From Balanoglossus misakiensis (Eukaryota; Animalia; Hemichordata): a stretch of 64,000 bases of DNA. A model generated the notes under the pieces. The model ran no database searches. It had not been told where the DNA came from and saw only the letters and a program-made list of their open reading frames with translations. Made by a program: the position numbers and the translations under genes. Below are positions 46,048-59,059 of this stretch, in pieces (position 1 is the stretch's first letter; each line of letters opens with the position of its first letter). The stretch covers positions 18,523,028-18,587,027 of the forward strand of contig CM082576.2 in the NCBI GenBank assembly GCA_040954595.2, given 5' to 3'.

Positions 46048-49000
46048 ACCACACACAACTTCCACCCTGCTTGTAGCCACGAGAGTGAAAAAACCTCACC
46101 AATATGAACAATCGGTCTCTATCATTTATTCATTTTGGGCGAGTTCTTATGCTCATATCATTCAAGCGGGATGGAAATTGTGTATGGTTGAACATTCATT
46201 CACTACATATACATATGTACATTAATATAAAATGTCTCTTGTATCAAACATAATGGAAAAAAGGGCAGCAAGAGAGAGACTTTGTCCCTTTAATAGAAAT
46301 GTGCATGTAATATTTTATTCAAACCATCACTTCTGTCTTGAACAATCTTTCCTTAATAGAGTGGTGTACTGATTAGAGAGATGTCTTATTGACAGGTTTC
46401 ACTGTATTACCAACATTTTCAGTTCCATAATCCTTCAGTGTTTGCCAGAGAATTTGACAGCAGTCAAAAACTTTCTCTGCCATACTCACAATAAGAGAAA
46501 GCTTGCACCTGTGTTTTACTGTTAAATTACCATACCACAAAAAAACAGGTTGTTTTTGCGAGCAATAAATTTTTCGCAAAATATGCGAGAATCAACAAAC
46601 GTGAAAATAAAAAGTCGCGTAAAATGTTTTTCGGAGATAAAGATGCAATGAAATACGAGAATGTGAAAATTAATCCTCGCGTAACAGTTTGGTCTTTTAA
46701 TGTCGCGAAAAATTTCCTTTCATGAAAATAATCTGTTTTACAGTCCGGTAATATTGAAGGTCAGAATGCTTTTGATGAGAGAACAATACACCAGTTGCAA
46801 AGTATCTTGACAAACATGAAATGATTGAATTCTCCGAAGAAGATATAATCTCGCAGTTGGTGTGTTGTTTCCTCATCAAAAGCATTCTGACCTTCAATAT
46901 TATTCTGTTGAGCTATACATGCAATCTAGTCTATATATGTTCAGAGGTGATTATATCATCCATAATAGATCCTAAATACTAAAAGAGCATAAAATGACTG
47001 CGACAGATACTTTGTAAGTTGTAACAGGTGGGAAATAAGAATTTGGATAACACAGTATTTTGGCTATTGTTGGGGAGCATGAATAAGTGATTTTGGAACC
47101 CCATGTAACACCTGTCTTACCATTAATATGACTGCATTGATGGTACCATGAGGAATGCTAGTAAAATGACTGGGGAACCCTGGTTACATTACCCTGATCA
47201 TCACTATGGTTCAGTCCAAAAGCATTGTTTTCTATGTTAAGGTTGGACCTCTGAAGAGGAAATTGGGGTGGAAGGGTAAGAAAAAACACTGACTGACATT
47301 ACTGCCAATAACGAAATATTGTTTTTCTCTTCTCTTTGCATACAGCACACAAGAACAGAAACCTTGTATATTGATCTGCAACTCTCCTCCACATCCCTTG
47401 CCAAGTCAAGATAGTATTAATTACAGTGGATTTACTGCAGATCAATTGACTGCCATGTTGGGTAAGGTAAGCGATGTAAAACATTTCATACAACACTGCC
47501 TACTAACAATAGTCATATCAATCTGACAAGGGAAGATGAAAACAAAAACATCTTTTCAAACTAGCTTACTGTGCGGACCAATTTCATTAAGCCCCATTTA
47601 ACAGGAATTCTGGTTTTATAATTAACTTTGATTGATTGACATGTGTTTTACATCTAAATGCATCGCTTTGGGAACATTTTCTAGTATGTATGAGATTATT
47701 AAATTGAACTTGTATATTTGCTGAGGGCAACTAAATTTTCAGTAAAGATGAGGAATGCTCAATGTTTTGATTGTCTTCAAAATAATGACAACAACTCAAG
47801 TCTCAAAAACTCTTTGTTTTGAATTTTGAATTGTTTTTGTTGCATCAGTAACGACTTCACATGTGGATGCCACATTTGATTCTTAGCAAATGTTGTATTT
47901 TGACAGAGAGGAGTCCATTCCTCAATCATATCACCCCGCAAACGGCCTGAACTCCAAAAACTTAGCGACAAAGCGTGAAATACAGATGGTACCTATGAAG
48001 GATTATGCGGCTGATCCACACCACATGATACTTCTCAAAGGTTATCAACTTGCTGGTAGGTATATGTTGCTATGCAAATATTTGCAATCATACCATCCAG
48101 ATTCTAAAGTTCACAGGTCAAATATATAACTTGTTTACGTGGCCATTTACAACCAATTCATCATTTTGTGGTTTGTTAAGATTTTCATTACTCTAAATTG
48201 GTACTTCCATAAAATGGTTGTAATATTTATTACACATCACGTATTGTTATGCGCTCCTGGTTGGCTAATACTAAATATGACAGAACTTCATGACCTCTGC
48301 ACACGATCTGAGGCTTATGGAAGTTATTGTCGCGAGTGATGCAGTGTATTCTGTTGCAGTACTTTCACAAGCCAGCCTATTATTTCCCATCATGTCAATG
48401 CCTGGCCAATTAATTACACATCCTCCTGAAAATTGTTGGTAGGTGGGCAATCAATTTCCTTGGTTACATCCTGGATGAAACACTGGTATAGGTTCAAGGC
48501 AAGTTTAGTGACATTGTGTGATTCCACATCAGAATTTCACATCAACTGTATAATCCTCCAATTTTGTGTTTCAGAAAAATCGGTGTCCAGTGGTGATACA
48601 AAAGAGGTTGCCATAGACAAACCTACAACCATAGCAACCACTTCAGTGTCTACAACCACTACCACAACACAGCCACTGAAACCCGCATCAACAGTTACCA
48701 TGTTTACAGCATCTACCTCCAGTATGACCTCAAATCCTCTCAAATCAAATGTTAGTCTCGGTTACCCAGATGCCTTTGCTTCTTCCGATGCTCTCCAGAA
48801 AAGGGTCTGGGGAAATGCTATTGAAAGCTTTGTAAAACAAAATGGCCGATGTCAGGATTTTGATCATCGCCTGATTGGCTGAGCTGTCAGTATGACCCGG
48901 GTCACTGGCTCTCAACAATGTGTGATTTTTTGTCGTCTCTTCATATCAAGAGACCGGTACTTGTTGGTTGATGCGAAAGGCAAAAGGCGTCCTCTGTTAG

Positions 49001-51108
49001 CATTGTTGGAGAAATTATACGAAATATCTTTGGTAGACGATTGTCGAAACTATTGCGGTGACCCGGGTCATACTGACAGCTCAGCCAATCAGGCGATGAT
49101 CAAAATCCTGACATCGGCCATTTTGTTTTACAAAGCTTTCAATAGCATTTCCCCAATTTCCCCAGACTCTTTTCTGGAGAGCATCGGAAGAAGCAAAGGC
49201 GTCTGGGTAACCGAGACAAATCAACTGTTGGAAGTTCATCCCCAGGTAAAGTCTCCAGTGTTGCTTCCCAGCCATTGTCAATTTAAGTCCGCACATAATT
49301 AGACCACCAAGTGAAGTGTGAGATATAGTAGAATATTGCCATGTTGATATTCACTACAAGTTAGTTAAAGTTATATAGCACTCTGTGATCAACGAGTTGA
49401 AAATACAGCATGAGTTTTCGGGGACATGTAGTCCCCTTCATCAGATGCACACGTGGAATGAACAGAGAAACAGAGAATCATGGGGTATTCAAAGTAGGAA
49501 ATATGTGCAGGACCAGGTGCATCAGAAATTTTTCCTGCAGTGGATTTTCTATCTGAGGATGGTGACTTCATGACCGAAATTTTGTGTCCGTGAGCAAGGC
49601 ACTTTACTTCTCATTGCTCTGAGGAGACTCATGGCTTTGTGTAGGTGATTTGCACCTTTTCTAGTCTTTCTACTAGACATATTTTCTGTGTTTGTGATAG
49701 ATGAATTACTGTCTTACAGGAAATTTTTGTGAACTTCGTGAGAACCAAAAAATGCGAATTAAAAAGTCATGTAAAAATATTTTTCAGGGATATTGGTGCA
49801 GTTAGTGAAATATGAGAATGCGAAATTTAATTGTAGAATAACAGCTGTCTCTTAGGATTATGCGAACATTTCCTGTCACAGAAATTTTCTGTTTTACAGT
49901 ATATAAATAAATCAAGTAGATCTTTTTACTGCAGATGCTACACCAACAATTCATCTGTTACCTGGACGACCAAGTCAAATTTGAAGTCAGTCTCCACAAC
50001 AACTATCGTCCTCTCAACAGAAACTGATTCAACCAAGTCAGCCCCAGATGCAGGGCCAAGGTCAAAGGTCATCAATGCCTTTTTCCCAGTTTACCAAACC
50101 AACCAGTATCCACTGTCACAGCAAACAGGACTCAACAACCCAATGTGACTGTTTCAAGTATCCCCATGAGACAATTTTGTCCACCCAGGTACAGTTGTGG
50201 TCTACCTTCTACTTTTTGATATTCAAATTAGCTGTTTCTAGTTACCCATCCTGTGAATTGAAAGCTTTTTATGACTGTATCGCATAGCCTTGTCTTACCA
50301 GTGTCTACACAGTAGACTATTTATTTTCAAAACACATTCAAAACTTCTGTTTTGGTTGCAAAAAAGCCACTCTGTAAATGGAAAGACTCTTTGGATAATG
50401 CCACAGACTCATTAATCAAATTCAATTTTTAATGTGATTAATGTTGATAAGCCCTAAAACCTGATCCCTTCCAAATGTGAGTATGTGTGTTGAAAATGGG
50501 ACTTTGAGAGTTGTAAGCTCAACATCGATTCAAAAATTGAAGTCATGAAGTAAAAAATGTGGTTTTGAATACTGGCCTTGATAATGCTTCATATTAACTA
50601 GGTTTGTTACCCTTTTTGGACAGGCAACTTCACCACCAAAGATGACTTCTCAGCATGTGCCAGCTGCTGCACTGAAAGCCACAGAGGGTGTCATGCAAAT
50701 GGCAAATGCTAGTCAGTTCAGTAAGATGCCACAAATTGCTGCTGTGAATTCTATCAACTCACAGCCACAGCAGAGATGGCCAGGTACAGATTCAAAGCCA
50801 CAACGAGGTAGGTACAGTCAAACCTGTCTACAGTGGCCAGTCAAGGGACTTTCCTAAACTGGCATTTATAGACAGGTGGCTTCTATAGATAGGTCAGTTA
50901 ATGTGCAATGTACATGTACATGAAATGAAACAAAGTTGCCACTATAATAGAGGTGGCCACAAACACAGATTTGACTGTCATATATGTTATGTTGCCATGG
51001 CAGTCATTTACCATTAGTTTGAATATACTTTGCCAAAACCTGAGGAAAAAATATTCAAGTTCCCCTTTTCGTATTCCCCTATCAATGGTATAATACAACA
51101 GTGTCATG
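46048..51108 (+). repeat. Second copy of a ~5-kb tandem segmental duplication (first copy 30336-46047 with its insertions removed)
   Basis: Colinear similarity from ACCACACACAACTTC (30336/46048) to GTGTCATG (46047/51108). Confidence 0.9.
48753..49219. mobile_element. MULE/MuDR-like MITE with ~155-bp TIRs and 9-bp TSD
   Basis: TAGTCTCGGTTACCCAGA...TCTGGGTAACCGAGACAA, flanked by ATCAAATGT (48744-48752) and ATCAACTGT (49220-49228). Absent at the paralogous site ~44550. Confidence 0.8.
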
Positions 51109-51288
51109 GTAAAATTTTGTGACATTTTTGCTAACTGCTAAACCCCAAGTAACATTGTTTTTTTCAGTATTTTTCAGCGAAGGAATTAACCCTAGTTTCT
51201 TGTTCTGCTATGGATAGCTTTATGAAATGTTCAGTCTTTAGCTTCTATACAAAACTTGTACACGAGTAATGGCCATTGTGAATATTAA

Positions 51289-52484
51289 CCCTTACGCTGT
51301 CGAGTCCGTAGCAGAGCGCCCGATTTCCGGTGTGGGTAGAAGTCGAACGTTGGCGAGTGATGAATGACCTAATCGGTATGGATCGATATGATTCACCGAC
51401 CCGCTGGAGTCTCTAGGCGTTTGCGTGCGCTTCGCTATAACGGGTTGACTTTGAACTACCGTTTTGAGGGCAATATCTGTTAGGACAGGAAAGGCTCGAC
51501 AGGGTTCTTTGCCTTGAACTACAAAGAGCACACTATCCTAAGAGGCACATTCCGCCGGTCATTCCCGACCCTGTGGAGACCGTTTTTTTGCGTCCGTCAA
51601 AAACGTACTTGGCATCGATGCATTGTTTACTATAACAGACGGTTCCACAACGACATAGGGTATCGACCTTTTCGATGGCCAGCGGTGTCGGATGCACTCG
51701 TGGGTAGCACTGTTTGGGAAAGTGCGTTTTGGGATCGACTCGGGAAACATGACGAAATGGTGCAATGGGGCCCGCAGAGCTTGCGGGATACCTATGACTG
51801 TGTCGGTACAACCCTGTGCCGTAAAAAATTTATAGCGTATTAACACCGTACTGAACGTCAGTTTGCCGTGCGTAAGTAACCAACGTGTCGTTATCACAAC
51901 GTCCGTGTGTGTCTCGTCTGAAGAAATGAGTCGTTATCACAACGTCCGTGTGTGTCTGGTCTGAAGAAATGAGTCGTTGTCGGGCGGCTGTAGAGTGGGA
52001 CACTGTGCGCCAGTGTCTAGTCGTTCGCATTACGTGTCGAACTAACTCGTACCCTACGGGAAAGTGGCAGGGGAAGGTGTGCCCGAACACCCCTGGCGGT
52101 ACACCCTGGGTCCCCTACTGACAACTAATGGTGTCGTCGTTGTGACGTGATATGGCGTGTGCTAACACACTAACTTTATTTTCGTAAAAGTAAGCCTCGA
52201 AATGACGTTGACAGACGCTCCCCTCCCAGGGGAACGAACCCGATGACCCCACAACTTTTACCCGGTTAATTGTTGTTTGAGGTCCCGCCAACACGGGACT
52301 GTGCCAAACTTGAAGTCTAGCACGTTCAAAAGCAGCTAAAATGACCCTCCAAAAACCCGATTTTCAGGCAAAAAGCCTGGTAATCCAGCGGGTGTAGAAT
52401 GCCGGATTCTACATACACCGAAAAGGAGGCGGTCTCGTAACGACTCGGCAGCCCAACGGGTTATGACCCCCGGTAGCAAGAGGG
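51289..52484. mobile_element. GC-rich non-autonomous piggyBac-like element
   Basis: TTAA|CCCT...AGGG|TTAA (51285-51288, 52485-52488), abrupt GC/CpG rise, no transposase ORF. Confidence 0.75.
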
Positions 52485-54783
52485 TTAAATGAACTCAGAC
52501 GAGAATTCATTTTTCAACAATAACAATGCTGATCAATATATAAAACGCCTTTGTTTGAAAACCAAACTCTGAATAAATTCTTAATGTTTTACAGAGTAGA
52601 ATAAAGTCTTACAGCTGATATCCAAAGTTAACATTGAAGTTATTGACGTTTTAATACTACTGTGTTTACTTATCAGCAGGTATGCAGTCAACGATGCGAA
52701 CAGGAGTGCAGTCAACACAACCGACAGTACCTAATGTGAGCGACAGCAAAAATCCACCTGTCACCACTGGCACCAATGTTATTCCAACTCTGACACAGCC
52801 ACAAGTACATGTACAAAACCAGTCATTGGTATGTTATGTTATGAGCTGAGTTATAATACCCACCTATCCCTTTTGCCTGGCAAGTGACAGTTTATCACTT
52901 TTCAGTATTTCAATGGAACTGTATTTGGATAATTTGTTACCTAACATGACATCAGAAGATGGCAGCTTGATGTCTTAACTGAGGACATTGGATGACCAGT
53001 AGATAAAGATTTTCTTTGATATCAATGACATCAGACGCAGTTCCGTTGGCATTCAAATTTCCAGCTGACGGGGAATTTCAGCAACGTGGTGCAAATGACG
53101 ACTGTGCAGATGAATACCAAGATGCTGTTGAGGCACCATGCCTGATACATATTACCTGTCTGGTGGTACTAAAGTATAAACACATCCGGAAAAAAATATT
53201 TTACGGGATACCAATTGAGACTAATAGAATCTCACATTCCCAAGGACCTGTGATCATATTTCTCACATGAGTTGGGGATTTTTGTCCCACACGAGCCGCA
53301 GGCGAGTGTGGGACAAAAAATCCCCAACGAGTGTGAGAAATACGATCCCAGGTCCTTGGTGTGTGAGATTCTTTTTCTCACACGACCAGAAATTTGCAAT
53401 ATTAACGTTTATTTACAATAAAAGGACTAAATCTATAAAATACCAACTGATAACTGCATGACCAGTCATATATTGATCCGCCCCTCAAAATATAGTCCCC
53501 ATTTCATCACGAGTTTACAGTACACACATGCTATAAAAATGTGCTCAACACATCTTAATATGGAGATTGTTTCCAGTGGTATAAATTCAAGCGATATCTA
53601 GAAAATACAACCGTGTTTTTTAGTCTGTCGCCAACCACGTACACCACTGTCGTCTGCACATGACCTGATCACATTGTAGTTCAGGTTTGTGTACAACACA
53701 TCACACAATTGGATAATATTTGTTCGTTCTGAGGGGTATGAATATCATTATCCAATCAGAGCTCGTGTCAGATAACAGTTGTCTGTGTGCGCATTAACAC
53801 AGAGTGTGGGATCAATTTGATCCCACACTCTCTATCCCACACTCCCAGCGGCCAGGAGTGTGAGAAAAATTATTCCCATCTTGTTATAAATCTGAGCCCA
53901 GGTGTCTTTGGTGTGAGATTCCAGTAGTCAAGAGTAGGCTTACCTTGAATAATGTAATGCTTGTAAATAATTTATAATTTCTTCTTACCCTCCAGATATG
54001 AATGTCACAGTGGTGGAAATGCGTGCCAACACTATTGTCAGAATACCCATGGTAGTTATCTCTGCGCTTGCAGACCAGGATTCTATCTGCTGGAGGATGG
54101 CTATGCATGTGGCGGTATGTAACTGTGGATATTGATCTCTTCTGTGGCTACACTGTTTGGGGATTGTATATTGCTATGGTTACAATCAGCTAAACACACA
54201 TCCTGTCAGTCCATTGCACACATTTTAAAATTTGAAATCAACCGCACACTCGTACTGAACACATGTTTGTTGAAATTGTATCTCAGAATTTTTCCATTTA
54301 TAATTATGCATAATATAAACAAATTAACAAATGTGAAATTTTATCTTTGAAAATTTGTTTGCAAGGGTGAAAAAGTAATCTGTTGTTTTAAAAATCAGAC
54401 AAAGTTTTGCTGACAGGGTACACGAGTTTCAGGGGATTTTGTTAAAATGAGAATGATAGAGAGTGTTAAAATTCTTAGATTCTGAGATTGCCATGGATAT
54501 TGAGGACTTTGATGTAAAAACAATTAATTGATCAAGAAATATGTGGTTAAGTATATGTGTCATCAACCTCACACTATACTATAAGACTGTCTGATATATT
54601 TATGCACAAGTACAATGTATTTTCACTACTTATATGCATAACTCAATCAAATTAACATAATTTATCGACCTATAGCTAAATAAATTACAGCAAAGAATAA
54701 ATATACACTTAGAAAATTCATATAGTTTTCATCTCATTTTAAAGACATTATAAATGCTTCTCCGAGGGGTACAGTAATTTTTA

Positions 54784-55331
54784 GGGTAAGCCTAATTCAA
54801 GATTCACGTTTCAAGATTCACGTTCCACAGCCCAAGATTCATATTGTGATTCAGATTCTAGTCTTGTCTAATATGTTTATGCTGCCGTAACCAGGGGTGC
54901 GTACGATTGTTTATTGTCCTTGATCCCTGCCCAAGCAAGGTTCCCCAAATATTCTGTTCGATTAACGCGTGACGTCATTGTCGGGTATCTCTTCAAGTTC
55001 AGTTTCAACAACATTTTTCAAAGAGAGATGCACCCTATTTATTATTTTCTAACACATGAATGACCCTAGGCCTGAGATCGCACCATGGCCGGCAATCTTG
55101 GTATTCACAGATACTTTTAAGCGTAATTCTGATATAATTGATAGGTTTAGGTATATTTTACAACCAATAACTTAAGCAAAGGACTAATTCCTATATTCTG
55201 AATCAAGTGAAAGTAATATTGTAGATGGCGAAAGGACGTGACAAGACTCGAATCTGAATCAGAATATGAATCTTGGGCTGTGGAACGTGAAACGTGAAAC
55301 TTGAAACGTGAATCTTGAATTAGGCTTACCC
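54784..55331. mobile_element. MULE-like MITE with 9-bp TSD TAATTTTTA (duplicated at 59976-60520)
   Basis: GGGTAAGCCTAATTCAAGATTCACG...CGTGAATCTTGAATTAGGCTTACCC, with identical 9-mers on both flanks. Confidence 0.8.
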
Positions 55332-55369
55332 TAATTTTTAATGGGTATATTCTTGATAACTCATCACCA

Positions 55370-55705
55370 TGAATGATCATTTCAAAACTTAACAAGGCAT
55401 ATGGCTAAAGAGGATTCAGTGTTTGTGCACCTTCTATCTGCTATGCTGGATCTATTGACAGTTTTCAAAGGGGTTTAAAGACTCGTCTTTTTATTCAGTA
55501 CTTTCTATTTCATTCCATTGCTTTTTTGGTTAATAGGGACTGTCTTTCAGAACTCTTTGGTTTGTTTCGTGTTTTTAAGTGTAATTTATTATCCTTTAAG
55601 CTTTCACTTGTTTTCTAATTTTATTATTTTCTGTAGAAAATGCACTGAGATGTATGTGTATTATGTTTGTCAGGAAATAAATAATAATAAAATTAAAAAT
55701 AATAA
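55370..55705 (+). mobile_element. 3' end remnant of an L2/CR1-group LINE (copy at ~60560-60895)
   Basis: Translates to YG.RGFSVCAPSI...FQRGLKTRLF followed by an (AAT)n-like tail. Confidence 0.55.
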
Positions 55706-58700
55706 ACTATCTTTGATTTCAGATGTCAATGAATGTATGGAGAGAGCAGATCTTTGTGAAGGCCAGTGTGTGAATACAGCAGGCTCTTTTTATTGCACTT
55801 GTGTTGTGGGATATTGATTGGTCAATGGAGAGTGTACAGGTAAGACCAGCACAATATGTGGGCAACGAAAGGTCCTGTATCTGTAACTTTTGAATTTTTA
55901 TTCAATATTATTCTGGGTGTCACCCATCATTTCTTGTTCAGCTCGGTGAAGCTAGGTAAGCAATGTTGTTATTGTTTAAACATTGTATTCAAGCCTGGGT
56001 CTGGACTTGGATGCAATTTGTCAATAATAACAGTGATTGGTAACTGCATGTTTACATAACTGGCTAACTGTTAAAGAGACCAGCTGTTCTTTTTGCTGTG
56101 TGTACAGTACACATGCCATTGGCAGCTTATGGCTCAGTCAGTGTTTGCCTGTTGATTTCTCTATGTGTGTGTGTCTGTCTGTCTGTATATGTACTCTGGT
56201 GTAGACTTTTTTATTGTGTTATCCCTGAATGGGACCACTGTGTCCTTAACGCGATGTTTTACACTCAGCAGCGATAGTTTGTCTAACACGAGCCAAAATA
56301 TCCCCAACTCGTCTGAGAAATCTTATCCCAGGTCCTAAGGTTGTGAGACTAATAGAATCTCACACTCCCAAGGACTTGGGATCATATTTCTCACATGTGT
56401 TGAGGATTTTCTGTCCCAAACAAGCTGCAGGCGAATGTGGGACAAGATATCCCCGACGAGTGTGAGAAATACGATCCCAGGTCCTTGGTGTGTGAGATTA
56501 GTTTTCTCACACGGTCACAAATTAGCCAAATTCGTTAAATAAATGACTCTTGAACTGTCATCTGGTACATTGTAGATTCAGTATCGCGTCATTGGATAAC
56601 ATTTAGCACATGTTGTTAAAGAACTCTTTGTCATCCAATCAGCGCTCGCATCATATACAGCTCTCGATTCAGTGAGAATGTGGGATTGATTTGTTCTCAC
56701 ACTCTGATCCAACACTCTCAGCATGCCAGGAGTGTGAGAATCTATTACGAGTTTGAAATCTTAGGTGAAGAGTTTATCAATTTCACTGCCAACCCTGTAG
56801 GGCATTCTGGGATATGTGCTCATGCCAAAGCACAAACAGCCATGACCTGACAGCTCAGTTTGTAAATCATTTCTACAAATCCACAAAGAGACTCAAAGTT
56901 TAGAAAAGTTGTGTCTGTTAGAAATATTAGAAATATTACTGTTAATACTTAATTTCAAAGCCATGTGAATTTGTTCACTTTAATAGGAAAATTTTTAAAG
57001 GAAGGGAGGATTGGTATTGACTTGAATAATTACAATGGATGTTTTTGTTCTCTATTTTCAGATGTGAATAATGAGTGTTCAGATTCTGTTTGTGCTGGAG
57101 GGTGTCTCAATGCAGAGGGCGGATTCAGCTGTAATTGTGGTGATGATGGTTTCTCTCTGAGTGCAGATCATGTCAATTGTTTAGGTAAGTTTTTTTTGAG
57201 TGGGGAGGGGATAGACCAACAATTGCTTTGCATTTCCTGCCTCAAAAGGGCGCTTACACAAGTTGTAAGTGGCAAAGATTACAGCGAGTCACCATGTAAA
57301 AAAAATAATAAATAAAAGTTATCAGGCACTTTCCAAAGTTACACATTTAGAAAAAAATGAGTTTGTTGTCTCATGTGTGATATTTTTGGCTAACAAAACA
57401 CTAGCGTCTAATGTGGTTACTACATTGTTTGTTTATCAGTATACAGTACTGGTACATATAAACATATGATATGACCAAGTTATATGCCAGATGATATTTA
57501 TCAAGTTTCACACAATTTTGCTCTCTTGTATATTTTTTTCAAAGCCAACTGTACATGTAATTCAGATGTATTCATTCAAACACAATGTATCATATTTGTG
57601 TTTTCAAGCTGGTTGGTCACCATGCCAACAAGCGTGTTACAACACACCAACCAGTTACCAGTGTGGTTGCAGACCAGGATTTAAGTTGCACAGAAATCAA
57701 CAAACATGTGTTGGTGAGTATCTACAATTGGGAGAAAGTAAGATGTAGGTGTTTGTGCAATGTAAGTGTCCAATACATGTACATGTATATGTGACACTGA
57801 AATTACACATTGTACAGTCAATAATTGGTAAATGTCTATTATTCATGACACAAATCAACATACAGTCAAACCTCTGTGACTGGCCACCTCTATTAAACAG
57901 CCACCTCTATATAGTGCCCACTTTATTCTAGTCCCTGTGTAATTTATATCTACATTAATTGACTTTTCTACCAGGTATAATGGCCACCTGTCTATAAAGG
58001 CCAGTTTAGGAAAGTCCCTTTACTAGCCATAATGGACAGGTTTGACTGCACTTGTGTTGATTTCTGTCTGTAATACGTGTAACACAATCATAAAATTTTT
58101 CATAAAGAGGGCACACTTCCAAAATAAGGTGTCATCTCCAAGCAGACAATGTGAAAAAGGAGGCCGGTAGGTTACAGAGTACTGCTCGAGCTCATCTACT
58201 TTGTTGTATACATGATACAAGTTGCGTGTAAAACTGACCTTACAATAAAATGTGGCTGTCGAAAGTCTGTCCCAACTATAGTGTTGATACACAAGACAAA
58301 GTTTTTACTCTTTGACCAACTGGCCTCATGTTTGCGTCTTGGAAGGGCACCCTCTTTATGAAAAAGGCATATGATATCACTACAAGGAATAAATTAACAT
58401 GATAGAACATTGCTGATTAATGTCATAGATCATGATAACATGAATGCATAGCAATGTTTTGTTACAATTTGGTACATAAAGAAATGGACTACTGTGACAG
58501 TATTGACTCTGGGCACTACGTAGATGATTCCCAGCCTCAAAATTCTGACTTGCTTCACCGTTGGAAGAAGTCAGTTTTCAGGTTAACATGTATATTTGTA
58601 CAGAGTGTGGCATTAGTGAGTGGTTGCATCACATCAATGCATGACAAAAGGTCATCACTGTGTAAGACTCAGAAATAGAATTTGAATACAAATCCTATTA

Positions 58701-58892
58701 AACAAAATATTCTAAAATTTACATGTTATTTTAACATGTTTACTCCTATAAAAGTGAGTGCACGTGTTTTCGAGGTCTCTTCAATTCAGAAGCCACTGTG
58801 TAGGCCTTAGTTGGTGCATGCAGCTCGTAGACTTAGAAATTAAGTTTGGTTCAACTCAAACGCTTCAAGTCCAGTTGACCATCTCACACTTC

Positions 58893-58972
58893 TGGCACTG
58901 GTGGGATTCAAACCCACGCCATCGAAACGACTGCAGGTGCCTAAAACCCCTTGACTGTAGGACACAAATGCC
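58893..58972 (-). pseudogene. tRNA-Leu-like pseudogene or SINE head
   Basis: Minus strand reads ...TTTAGGC...CAGTCGTTTCGATGGCGTGGGTTTGAATCCCACCAGTGCCA: long variable arm, T-arm and acceptor 3' half. The 5' half is degenerate. Confidence 0.5.
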
Positions 58973-59059
58973 TGACAGTGATATAACTATGTTATAATGT
59001 TACATCGACAATACATAAGTTTGGGGATATGTTGTCTCAAATGATCAAATTGAGACAAA

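Larger units (their letters stand above)
29915..52828 (+). pseudogene. MED25: Partial, internally duplicated MED25 (Mediator subunit 25) VWA-domain exons plus downstream S/T/Q-rich exons
   Basis: Exon 29915-30013 reads GMISEGLSTALQLFDDMKRLR. Exons 32096-32215 and 47346-47466 read CILICNSPPxPLP...YSGFT. Exons 43689-43842 and 47907-48055 read RGVHFSIISPRKLP...DPHHMILLKG. These match recalled MED25 motifs (EGLSTALQLFDD, LICNSPPY, HFSIVSPRKLP, DPRHMVLVRG). Stops/frameshifts occur in both copies; no N-terminal or ACID exons were found. Confidence 0.85.

Noticed and set aside
51292-52090. Overlapping ORFs in the GC-rich block
   Set aside because: No recognisable domain; such ORFs are expected by chance in a GC-rich non-autonomous element.
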